Positions 1-8,246 of a DNA stretch of 13,884 bases are shown here, piece after piece (within the stretch, counting starts at the first letter, position 1; each line of letters opens with the position of its first letter). The position numbers were made by a program, and so were the translations under genes. Under the pieces are notes generated by a model that searched no databases, was not told the DNA's origin, and was given only the letters and a program-made list of their open reading frames with translations. Origin of the DNA: Candidatus Krumholzibacteriia bacterium (GTDB lineage Bacteria; Krumholzibacteriota; Krumholzibacteriia; LZORAL124-64-63); the NCBI GenBank assembly GCA_036351155.1, contig JAZBOO010000342.1, positions 1-13,884 of the forward strand, read 5' to 3'.

Positions 1-1
1 A

Positions 2-2983
2 GCCTTCCAAGAAATAAAGGCGCAATATCCGAGCTTACCTGTGGCCACCGCAGGGTTGGCTTGTAAGCAGCCGGTTTTCCGATCCTATTTAGAAGCCTTG
101 TTAGACGAAGAAAACGGCATTTTCGATCTCTGTGATGCCTTTGGGTTGCACAGTTATACCGGTAGGGCTTTTGAGGTCCTCAATACCTACCATGAGGTCT
201 GTGCCGAAAAGGGTTATGACCCCAAGCCAGTTTGGATGACGGAGTTTGGAAGAGAATTGGCTGAGGTATTACCTGGTAGGCAGTATCCAGAATATACCCT
301 GAATGGGGCCAGGGCCTTCCCTGAGCATATCCTTGAGGTATTTTCATCCTTTGGCGTGGAAAGAGCCATGACTTATTGTGTTTTCGACCCGAACGGTGGT
401 GGTCTAGGAGGGTTCAATTTATTTGATTGGAATGAAGAAAACTCAACTTTGACCCCTAATTTAAAGTGGGATTTCTACAAAGCTGCTGCTGAAAAGCACC
501 AAAACTTCCGCTTGGGCAGCTCAATTGGTTTTGGGAATTCTGATGGAGTGGACATGTTTGGGATTTCACCAATCGAATGGTACTTTCCCACCCCCGAAAA
601 CCCCGAGACCGAATCAGCTTTTGAATTTTTGGATTCCACCACGGAATATCCCATCAGCAGTCGCACCTTGGGCAGCCAAGTTCTGGCCATTGCCTTTGAC
701 CTGAACGACAGTTGGGTGGACCAATATTCTAATGAAAAAATGATTGTTGAAGCTGAGGTCTTCTGCAGTGGGAATGAAATTCAAATCAGGCACCAATCCT
801 GTTGTGAGACTGGTTTTTTGGCCACCACACCGAGGGATTCTGTTCATTTTGCCACCCTCCAATGTGCCTCATTGACTGAAGGATTGCAGGTGGTATCATC
901 TTATCCCGACTACGTTAAAGGGGTTGGGTATTTGGGGAACATCATCAGTCATTCAGTAACCGTCACACCAGGATCCTGGTCCACTGTTTCCATTCAACTT
1001 GATGATTGGGCTTTCATTAATGGGATGGAGCCGAGGGCAGACATCAGTTTTGTCACTGTCGGCAATCAACCATTTGAAATCCGAAGAGTAGAAATCTACC
1101 CCGTACGTGGCGATGTGGTTTACGAAGACAAATCCACGGAAACCCAGTTGGCATACACCGGCCAACCCCGAAACGCAATGGCCTGGGATTTTTCAGGAGA
1201 CGGTCTCAAGGATCTTTTGATCACCAAATACGATGGGAATGCGATTGCCAACCTAAATCGGGGAATTGGGCTAAGCGGGGCGCCTCAAATGAGGGATGAG
1301 ACACAAAGCGTTTTCCAGTCGAGTTCACCTCCTTTGTTAGAGACGGATGGAATTATCACCGCGGACTTTGACAATGATGGCCTGGTAGACTTTTTCGCCC
1401 CGAACCATTTATCAGGTGGGCGTCTTTTCAAGAATGTGGACGGGGATCATTTTGAAGACATCACAAGTGCAAGCGGGTTGTCCAATTCCAGCTGGGCAAA
1501 TGTATTGGGACATGCACATAGTGGGGCTTGGGCGGACTATGATGGAGATGGATTTCCAGATTTGACCATTGTGGCCAGTGAGGGAGGATTAGAAAATGAC
1601 TTCAATACCCTCCTGGTGCTCCATAACAACAATGGATTTTTTGACCTGGCGGCCATAATACCCAGTAATTCCGTGGGCATGTCACCTCTTTGGGCCGATT
1701 TTGACAATGATGGCGACCTCGACTTGGTTATTCTCGGGTCAGCCCCCACGGCAGTAGGGGAGGATCCGCCAGCTTACCTGAATGTCGCCTACTTGAATCA
1801 AGGCAACGGGACTTTCGTTGAGCATTATTTTTCCACAGATATTTTTAACAACTATTTTGGAAATCGAATTGCCGCCGTCTCCGATTATGATAACGATGGT
1901 GATTTTGATGTAATTTTTGCAGATGAACAATCGGTGTCGGTCGTCGAAAATGGGAACCCGCAATACTTTCCCAGTTTCTTTTGGGGAAGTTCCTCATTTG
2001 GGGAGAACAATTTGCCTTCTGGCATAATTGGGGTTCCAGTGGATCTGGCGGTTTTGGATTATGACCTCGATGGATTTCAGGATGTTTTGGTGACTTACGG
2101 GGAAATCCAATCGACAAGTGTGCCTTCAGATATTGTTTTATTCGCCAACAGAGAAGGTCTGAACTCAACCCGAGTTTTGGTGAATGAAACGAATCCCGTT
2201 GGTCTTGCAGATTATTCCAAGTCTGCGGGGATGGCAGTTGCTGATTTCAACCAAGATGGTTTTTCGGATATCTATTTTTCCAAAGCCTCCAACAACTCTT
2301 TCTTTTTCAAAGCCAAGCCTGCAATAGGTTACGCGCAAAACAATTGGATTGGGCTTCGGCTCATCTCCAATAACGGGCTGACCTGTTCCAACGGGCTTGG
2401 CACAAAGGCGACTGTGGAATATGGTTCCGCCCTTCAGGCCCAGGTTGTCGATGGCGGTTCGGGCCTGGCTAGCCAACATCAGGCCGATCTGGTATTTGGC
2501 CTGGGTGAATTCGCTGGCGAAGTAGCAGTGAACATCGTGTGGCCGAATGGTCACTCCCAGACAGCCACATTTTCTGTGCTCAATCAATACCATACAGTAT
2601 TGAGCGACATTCCCAGGGTTGACAATGCAACTGTTCAATTCAGTCGAAACTTCCAGGTTAATTCTGAGGTAGAAGATTGGGTTTTTTCCTGGGAAACGTT
2701 TGGAGAGGGAATCGCATCCCTTGATCAAGTCATTTTCGATCTTCAATCCGTTCCTACACGATGCTGGCCCGAGCACAGCATGCTGTCCGATGCTTTAAAT
2801 TCTGTCACAACTGTTGTTTCCGAACTGGGTGACGGAAAGTTTTTACATACCCTGACCTACACCGGAGTGGAATGTACTCCGAGGTGCGCTATTCCATACA
2901 CTGTGGAAAGTGCCCAGCCCAGTTTTCCGAATACCAGTGATTTGAACTCAGCAAGCATTAAATTTTGCGTACAGTCCCAGTAG
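2..2983 (+). CDS. 5'-truncated multidomain protein: clan GH-A glycoside hydrolase-like C-terminal half + beta-sandwich/CBM-like region + 7 FG-GAP/VCBS repeats + ASPIC/UnbV (CRTAC1-like) domain + Cys-containing C-terminal domain
   Basis: The frame is open from position 2 (AFQEIKAQYPSLPVATAGL...), so the GTG at 41 is probably not the true start. GH-A-type motifs: 'DAFGLHSY' and 'KPVWMTEFG' (candidate nucleophile Glu at 242-244). Seven DxxxDGxxD-type motifs between 1184 and 2275. ASPIC/UnbV signature 'NNWIGLRL...GGSGLASQ...LVFGLG...IVWPNG' at about 2339-2590. Stop TAG at 2981-2983. Confidence 0.85.
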   Translation, partial: AFQEIKAQYPSLPVATAGLACKQPVFRSYLEALLDEENGIFDLCDAFGLHSYTGRAFEVLNTYHEVCAEKGYDPKPVWMTEFGRELAEVLPGRQYPEYTLNGARAFPEHILEVFSSFGVERAMTYCVFDPNGGGLGGFNLFDWNEENSTLTPNLKWDFYKAAAEKHQNFRLGSSIGFGNSDGVDMFGISPIEWYFPTPENPETESAFEFLDSTTEYPISSRTLGSQVLAIAFDLNDSWVDQYSNEKMIVEAEVFCSGNEIQIRHQSCCETGFLATTPRDSVHFATLQCASLTEGLQVVSSYPDYVKGVGYLGNIISHSVTVTPGSWSTVSIQLDDWAFINGMEPRADISFVTVGNQPFEIRRVEIYPVRGDVVYEDKSTETQLAYTGQPRNAMAWDFSGDGLKDLLITKYDGNAIANLNRGIGLSGAPQMRDETQSVFQSSSPPLLETDGIITADFDNDGLVDFFAPNHLSGGRLFKNVDGDHFEDITSASGLSNSSWANVLGHAHSGAWADYDGDGFPDLTIVASEGGLENDFNTLLVLHNNNGFFDLAAIIPSNSVGMSPLWADFDNDGDLDLVILGSAPTAVGEDPPAYLNVAYLNQGNGTFVEHYFSTDIFNNYFGNRIAAVSDYDNDGDFDVIFADEQSVSVVENGNPQYFPSFFWGSSSFGENNLPSGIIGVPVDLAVLDYDLDGFQDVLVTYGEIQSTSVPSDIVLFANREGLNSTRVLVNETNPVGLADYSKSAGMAVADFNQDGFSDIYFSKASNNSFFFKAKPAIGYAQNNWIGLRLISNNGLTCSNGLGTKATVEYGSALQAQVVDGGSGLASQHQADLVFGLGEFAGEVAVNIVWPNGHSQTATFSVLNQYHTVLSDIPRVDNATVQFSRNFQVNSEVEDWVFSWETFGEGIASLDQVIFDLQSVPTRCWPEHSMLSDALNSVTTVVSELGDGKFLHTLTYTGVECTPRCAIPYTVESAQPSFPNTSDLNSASIKFCVQSQ
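1184..2275 (+). repeat. Seven FG-GAP/VCBS Ca2+-binding-type protein repeats (predicted 7-bladed beta-propeller)
   Basis: WDFSGDGLKD, ADFDNDGLVD, ADYDGDGFPD, ADFDNDGDLD, SDYDNDGDFD, LDYDLDGFQD, ADFNQDGFSD, spaced roughly 45-65 aa apart. Confidence 0.85.
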
Positions 2984-3003
2984 CTCTCGAAAGGAGAAAT
3001 AGG

Positions 3004-3888
3004 ATGAACACCAAGCATTACGCCTGTTTCTTGGTCTACCTCACGGTCCTTGCGTCAGTTACCGGGTTTGCCGCAGAGGGTGAGGTCACGGGTGTTTTTG
3101 GCCTTTCTCCCGTGCTGGAGGATGCAGCTTTGGCGGTTTGGGTCCCTTTGGACTCTGATGAGTCCATCAATGGGATTTCATGGTATAATAACGATGGAAA
3201 TGTTGCGTTTCCGGAAATCCTTGCTGTCGCCGGGAGTTCTCAATATCCCTCCGTTTTGGAGCAAGCTTTGGTTGTGGGGGAGGATGTGTCCGGAATGTCA
3301 CCAGGGTGGAGTGAGTATATTTTTACAACACCCATAGCCTCGGCCTCTCCTGGGCTGTTTGTCGTTTTTCGCCTGCCTGAGGGAGCCGACTTTTTATCCG
3401 AAGGTGAGGGTGCTGGTGTCGGCTACATCCTGGGTGATGGGATGATAAAAAGCTGGGTAGCTCTTGGGGATGGAGCCTGGGGGCGACTGAGCGCAGACTA
3501 CCAAATGGCTGTTGTCCCCATCATGAATACCAACAAGAGTGGGGAGATTATTGTTTTAAATCTGGACGATCAAATCGGGCAGGAGGTTGAAGAGACGGAC
3601 ACTCCAACCTTGGTGGTCCCTGGTCTAACAGCCATACCCAACCCGTTTAATCCCAGAACTGAAATCAGTTATTCGCTGCCAAAAGACAGTTTTGTGAAAC
3701 TCGCCATATTCGATTTGAGGGGCTATAACGTCAAAGAGCTCGTTTCTCAGTTTCTGGTTGCCGGTACACACAGCGTGGATTGGAACGGTCGAGACAGCAA
3801 TGACCGTGCAGTGGCCAGCGGAGTGTATTTGTGCCAGCTGAAAGCGGGGAAACTGGTGATGTCACAGCGAATTACACTGATCCGATAA
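3004..3888 (+). CDS. Secreted protein with unknown N-terminal domain and C-terminal FlgD Ig-like / T9SS type A-like sorting domain (294 aa)
   Basis: AAGGAG at 2991-2996 precedes ATG 3004, a better start than the TTG at 2965. Signal peptide MNTKHYACFLVYLTVLASVTGFA. C-terminal 'PNPFNPRTEISYSLP...LAIFDLRG..VKEL...GTHSVDWNGRD....VASGVYLCQL...RITLIR' from about 3637. Confidence 0.85.
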   Translation: MNTKHYACFLVYLTVLASVTGFAAEGEVTGVFGLSPVLEDAALAVWVPLDSDESINGISWYNNDGNVAFPEILAVAGSSQYPSVLEQALVVGEDVSGMSPGWSEYIFTTPIASASPGLFVVFRLPEGADFLSEGEGAGVGYILGDGMIKSWVALGDGAWGRLSADYQMAVVPIMNTNKSGEIIVLNLDDQIGQEVEETDTPTLVVPGLTAIPNPFNPRTEISYSLPKDSFVKLAIFDLRGYNVKELVSQFLVAGTHSVDWNGRDSNDRAVASGVYLCQLKAGKLVMSQRITLIR

Positions 3889-3951
3889 GGACCCAGGTAA
3901 TGACTCGAAGCCTAATGCTTTTTGCGCTCCAACCCAGAAGTTGAGGACCAG

Positions 3952-5166
3952 ATGAATTCCACTAAAAAACTACATTTTGTCATTCATCTGGTCCTGGTAG
4001 CGAGCCTTTGTGTTTCCTTGCCTGCCCAAAGCCGCACCTTTTTCGTGGAGAAAGACGGAACAGGAGACTTCAAGATCATACAAAACGCCGTGAATGCGGC
4101 TTCCTCTGGTGATACGATCAGAATTGGACCCGGTCGCTTCAATGATCAAACCTGGGTGACCAGTCCGGGCTGGTCTGATTCGGTGAGGGTTCTGGTGACT
4201 CAGCAGGAGTTGACTCTCATCGGTTCCGGTTACCCCGAAACCGTGATCGGTCCACCAGACCCCTGGGATCCCAGCCAAGGATTCCACAAAGGGATTGTAG
4301 GTGGGGACTTGTTAGGAAACTTGATTCTCAGGGTGCAGGGCATCTGGTTCGTCAACATGAGAGACGCCATTTATACAAGCTATGAATTTGAAGATGGCAG
4401 CGTTCTCAATGTCTCCCATTGTACCTTTAGCTGGAATAATATTTCGCTTTTTCTTTTAGGAACCAATGGAACAGCGAGTGTATCGCATTGCAATTTCGGA
4501 GGTATGAATGATTCGGGGGGGTATATTGCCGCATTTGGGCAAGTTGGCCTTTCAGTCTCAGAGTGCGTGTTTTGGATGAGTCATACTACTTATGGACAAA
4601 CGGCAATTTCTCTGACCAGGGTGAACAATGCAGATATTTTCGATTGTGAAATATACGAGGGAACATCTGCCATTAGTTCATCCCAAGGGAGCCCCTTGGT
4701 AATACAGAACTGCCTGTTTGACGGTCAGTCCAATACGGCTGTGTACCCTGGCGATGGTGCGAATATTTCTCTCGAAGATTGCATTTTTAAAAATCAGCGA
4801 AGAGTTGTCCGTTCATTCTCTCCGTTCAATCAATTTTCTATGATCAATTGTGTGGTAGAAAACACTTCCGAATGCAGTTTTGACATCCTTGATATGGGGT
4901 CATTGACGGTCACAAATTGCGACCTGGCCAAAGGGGAACTTGGGACCGTTTTTGTTCAGGATAACTTTGGGTGTTTGCATTCCGGAACCCTTGACATGAC
5001 CAACAACTACTGGGGCACCGACAACCCGGACAGCATTCGGGCCTGGATTCATGACACGGAAGACTCTGACCAGGCCTGCTATACGGTGAATTTTGAGCCC
5101 TACCTCTCCAACTCAACGCCTACCGAGAAAAAGAGCCTGGGCGGTTTCCGGAGTATGTTCCGTTGA
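3952..5166 (+). CDS. Secreted right-handed parallel beta-helix (pectin-lyase-fold) protein with short C-terminal motif (404 aa)
   Basis: GAGGA at 3943-3947 precedes ATG 3952. Signal peptide ending LPAQS. N-cap 'VEKDGTGDFKIIQNAVNAASSGDTIRIGPGRF'. Repeated rungs VSHCTF, VSHCNF, VSECVF, IFDCEI, IQNCLF, LEDCIF, MINCVV, VTNCDL. C-cap 'DMTNNYWG...VNFEPY'. Confidence 0.85.
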   Translation: MNSTKKLHFVIHLVLVASLCVSLPAQSRTFFVEKDGTGDFKIIQNAVNAASSGDTIRIGPGRFNDQTWVTSPGWSDSVRVLVTQQELTLIGSGYPETVIGPPDPWDPSQGFHKGIVGGDLLGNLILRVQGIWFVNMRDAIYTSYEFEDGSVLNVSHCTFSWNNISLFLLGTNGTASVSHCNFGGMNDSGGYIAAFGQVGLSVSECVFWMSHTTYGQTAISLTRVNNADIFDCEIYEGTSAISSSQGSPLVIQNCLFDGQSNTAVYPGDGANISLEDCIFKNQRRVVRSFSPFNQFSMINCVVENTSECSFDILDMGSLTVTNCDLAKGELGTVFVQDNFGCLHSGTLDMTNNYWGTDNPDSIRAWIHDTEDSDQACYTVNFEPYLSNSTPTEKKSLGGFRSMFR

Positions 5167-8121
5167 AACCGCTCCCCGATCCGCCCCCAGCGCCTCGCGC
5201 AACTCCCCCATCCGGTCGGTCACAATGGCGGGCAGATCGTCCCGACCAGCCAGAGCTTCTTCCACGCGGGTCAGGTTTTCTTCGGCTTCCGTGAGCCGGC
5301 CCTGACCCAGCTGGGCCCGGGCCAGAAACAGCCGGGATGATTCCCGCTGGTAATCCTCGGCAGGGAGGTGCTCTTCCCGCCAGGCCACGATGGCCTGAGC
5401 CTGCTGCTCCGCCTCTGCCCACTTGCCCTGACGGGCCAGATTCTCGAAGTACCGCGTGCGGGCATTGGTCTGGCCGGGGCTCTGCGCACCTTCCAGCTCT
5501 GCGGCCAGCGTAATGTACTCCTGGTGCAGGGGCTCGGCTTCGGGAAAGCGCTCGGCATCGTCCAGCAGGAAGGCGGCGTTGCCCACGGCCTGCATCAACC
5601 CCCGTCCCTGCACTTCCATTTCCCGGAACATGTCCAGCGCCTGGACGAAGTAATCCGCCGCTTCGCTTTTCCGCCCCTGGCGAAAGATGGACCCGCCCAC
5701 GTTGCCCAGGCTGTAGGCAATTTTCATATGAGGAGGGGTGAAATGGGTGGAGGTCCATTCCAGTTCGCGCCGGAAGTGCACCTCGGCCTCTTCATGCTGC
5801 CCCAGCCCCTGGTAGGACATGCCAATGAAGAAGGCGTTGTTCGCCGGCATGCTCCCGGTGGCTTCGGGAATCTGCTTGAGCAGTTCCTCGGCCTGGTGGT
5901 AATAGGCCAGGGCCGCGTCGAAATCCTTCCGGGCCCTCTCCATATTTCCGAGGTCATGCAGGGTGGCCGCCACGGATGAGTGGACTTCACCAAAGACCTT
6001 CCGTCTCATTTCCAGGGCCTCAAGAAAGTACTCCTCGGCCTGGTCCATCTGTCCCCGATTCTGAGCAAGACTACCCAGGGAAACCAGGACCAGAGCGATA
6101 TCCCGGTGCACCGGGCCCAGGGCCAGACGCCGGATGCGCAGGGCCTCGTCGTAGGATTCCTGGGCTCCTTCCAGGTCCTGAACACCGCGCTGGGCTTCCC
6201 CCATGCGCCACAGGATGTCGGCCCGAGTGAGGTGGTCCGGGGCAAACACCGAGTCGGCGATGGCCATGGCCAGCTGGTGGTATTCCAGAGCAGCGGGAAA
6301 GAGCCCGAGCTGCTTGGCGATGTCGCCCTGCTTGTTGCGCAGCTTGATCAGGCGGGGATCGGACGGGCCATACTCCTCGAGGTAGATGGCAAAGGCGCGG
6401 TTGGTCATGGCCTCGGCCCGTGTGTAGTCGTTGCCCTGTTCGGCCATGAAGGCCCGGTCGATCAGGATGGAGGCCAGGCGCAGCGAATCATCGGGGGCCT
6501 GCCTGAGGGCCATGGCCTGACGGGTGGCGTGGATGCTGTCGGCCTCAGCCCAGTGGCCCTGGGTGTAGCGGATGTCCGCCAGTCTGACCAGAGCATCTCC
6601 CTCCAGTTCGCTCTCCGGGGGCGCGGCAGCCCGCACCTCTTGCACCAGATCTTCGCCGCGGATGATGTCCCCACGCTGGACGATGGTGGTGGCCAGGTCG
6701 AGCATCAGCCTCAATCGCGCCGGATCATCCGGCGTCAAAACTGAATCGGCCAGCGCCATCCCGCGGGTGAGGTGCCTTTCGCTTTCCTCCAGCTCGGCCA
6801 GGCTACGGAAGGTGGTGCCCAGGGTGTGGCGCAGGGCCGATTCCACGGCGGGCTGCTCGAACAGCGAACCTCCGTCCAGGTCGGACGCCGCACGGTCCAG
6901 CACCTCCTTCACGGTGACGTCCTGCCCCTTGGCCTCCATGGGCTGAACGGCCGCCAGCATGTCCTGCAGAAATCCGGTGACCGTTTCCGCTTGAGCCAGC
7001 CGGTTCTCGGCCAGCGATTCGGCCCGGGTGGCCCGCACCGCCTGCCAGGTGCTGCCCACCACGCCCAGGACCAGGGCCAGGGCCACACCCAAAGCCCCGA
7101 TCACCAGAGGGCGGTGACGACGGGCGAACTTCCGGGCCAGGTACATGGTGCCCGGGGGGCGTGCGGCGATGGGCTGATCCTCCAGGTGCCGCTTCAGATC
7201 CATGGCCAGCCCGTTGGCCGAGGCGTAGCGCTGGTCCCGATCCTTGGCCATGGCCATCGAGGCGATCACGGTCAGGTCGCCGTCCAGGCTGGCGTCATGG
7301 CGGGACAGCGGGACCGGCTCTTCCTCACGGATGGCGCGCAGGGCCTCTTCCAGCGGGCGCTGCACCAGGTCCAGGGGCGGCCGTTCCACCAGCAGCTGAT
7401 ACAGGATCACGCCCAGGGCGAAAACATCGCTGCGGGTGTCCAGGTCGTCGGGGTCGCCGGCCAGCTGTTCGGGGCTCATGTAGGCGATGGTGCCCACCAG
7501 CTGGCCATGGGTGGTCAGCAGGGTGGACATGAAATCGGTGTCGGCGGGACGGGCCACGCCAAAGTCCAGGACCTTGGGTTGGCCCTGCGCATCGACAAGC
7601 ACGTTGCCCGGCTTCAGGTCCCGGTGGATGATGCCCCGCTGATGCGCATGCTGCACCGCATCGCACAGCCGGATCATGACTTCCAGCCGGGCGCGCCGGT
7701 CGGGCTGTTGATCTTTCACCCACTGGTTCAAAGGCACGCCATCCACCAGCTCCATGGCCATGAAGGGCACAGGTCCGGCGGGGGTATCGGCCGTGCCGGC
7801 TTCGTAGATCTGGGCGATGCCGGGATGCTGCAAGCGGCCCAGGAAATCCGATTCGTGGGCGAAGCGTCGGCGCAGGTCGGCCGTGGCCATCTCGGGCCGG
7901 ATCACCTTGAGGGCCACCAGCCGCCGGGGCTTTTCCTGTTCGGCCTCGTACACCACGCCCATGCCGCCTTGCCCGAGAATGCGCAGGGGGCGATAGTGCC
8001 CCACGCGTTCGGGGAGAACAGGGCCCGTGAATGTGGCGGTCGGGTCAGCGGCCAGGGTGGCGTCGGGGTCGAGGGGAAGAGTGTGGTCGTCGCCTGGCAA
8101 GGTCGGGTCGTGACTGGACAT
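5113..8121 (-). CDS. Hanks-type Ser/Thr protein kinase with one transmembrane segment and a long TPR array (1002 aa)
   Basis: Kinase motifs intact: LGQGGMGVVY, VALKVI, HRDLKPGN, DFG, GTIAYMSPEQ, DVFALG. Hydrophobic segment PLVIGALGVALALVLGVVGSTW (about 7045-7110) follows basic RKFARRHR. About 42-aa kinesin-light-chain-like TPRs (e.g. 'ALRIRRLALGPVHRDIA', 'ALEMRRKVFGEVHSSVA'). Confidence 0.93.
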   Translation of the reverse strand: MSSHDPTLPGDDHTLPLDPDATLAADPTATFTGPVLPERVGHYRPLRILGQGGMGVVYEAEQEKPRRLVALKVIRPEMATADLRRRFAHESDFLGRLQHPGIAQIYEAGTADTPAGPVPFMAMELVDGVPLNQWVKDQQPDRRARLEVMIRLCDAVQHAHQRGIIHRDLKPGNVLVDAQGQPKVLDFGVARPADTDFMSTLLTTHGQLVGTIAYMSPEQLAGDPDDLDTRSDVFALGVILYQLLVERPPLDLVQRPLEEALRAIREEEPVPLSRHDASLDGDLTVIASMAMAKDRDQRYASANGLAMDLKRHLEDQPIAARPPGTMYLARKFARRHRPLVIGALGVALALVLGVVGSTWQAVRATRAESLAENRLAQAETVTGFLQDMLAAVQPMEAKGQDVTVKEVLDRAASDLDGGSLFEQPAVESALRHTLGTTFRSLAELEESERHLTRGMALADSVLTPDDPARLRLMLDLATTIVQRGDIIRGEDLVQEVRAAAPPESELEGDALVRLADIRYTQGHWAEADSIHATRQAMALRQAPDDSLRLASILIDRAFMAEQGNDYTRAEAMTNRAFAIYLEEYGPSDPRLIKLRNKQGDIAKQLGLFPAALEYHQLAMAIADSVFAPDHLTRADILWRMGEAQRGVQDLEGAQESYDEALRIRRLALGPVHRDIALVLVSLGSLAQNRGQMDQAEEYFLEALEMRRKVFGEVHSSVAATLHDLGNMERARKDFDAALAYYHQAEELLKQIPEATGSMPANNAFFIGMSYQGLGQHEEAEVHFRRELEWTSTHFTPPHMKIAYSLGNVGGSIFRQGRKSEAADYFVQALDMFREMEVQGRGLMQAVGNAAFLLDDAERFPEAEPLHQEYITLAAELEGAQSPGQTNARTRYFENLARQGKWAEAEQQAQAIVAWREEHLPAEDYQRESSRLFLARAQLGQGRLTEAEENLTRVEEALAGRDDLPAIVTDRMGELREALGADRGAVSTEHTPETAQALFLGRR

Positions 8122-8148
8122 GGAAAACCCCCGGTTGAATACCCGATC

Positions 8149-8177
8149 ACATTACTGGGAGTTGAGGGTTTCAGCAA
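8149..8177 (-). promoter_or_regulatory. Candidate sigma70-type promoter for the kinase gene
   Basis: The minus strand reads TTGCTG (8177-8172), 17 nt, TAATGT (8154-8149), ending 27 nt upstream of the ATG at 8121. Motif match only. Confidence 0.35.
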
Positions 8178-8218
8178 CCAAAACGGACGCACAGGGCCCC
8201 TCGGAGCAAAAAACACGT

Positions 8219-8246
8219 TTGTCTGACCCAGACCATCCCCTATCAT
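8219..8246 (+). promoter_or_regulatory. Candidate sigma70-type promoter for the murG-mraY-GH3 operon
   Basis: TTGTCT (8219-8224), 16 nt, TATCAT (8241-8246), preceded by A-rich 'gcaaaaaacacg'. Motif match only. Confidence 0.4.

Noticed and set aside
41..43. GTG at 41 as the start of the first gene
   Set aside because: The frame is open to the window edge and the upstream residues continue the GH-like pattern; no SD or signal peptide at 41.
2965..3951. TTG starts at 2965 and 3922 from the ORF track
   Set aside because: ATG 3004 and ATG 3952 have SD sequences and put the signal peptides at the N-terminus.
3952..5166. Calling the beta-helix protein a pectinesterase
   Set aside because: Only the generic N-cap (DGTGDF..IQ.AV) matches; I could not find pectin methylesterase catalytic motifs such as QDTL or DFIFG.
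5368..8226. Long + strand ORFs (203, 254, 484 aa) antisense to the kinase
   Set aside because: Antisense shadows with G/Q/H/R-rich composition and no domain signatures.
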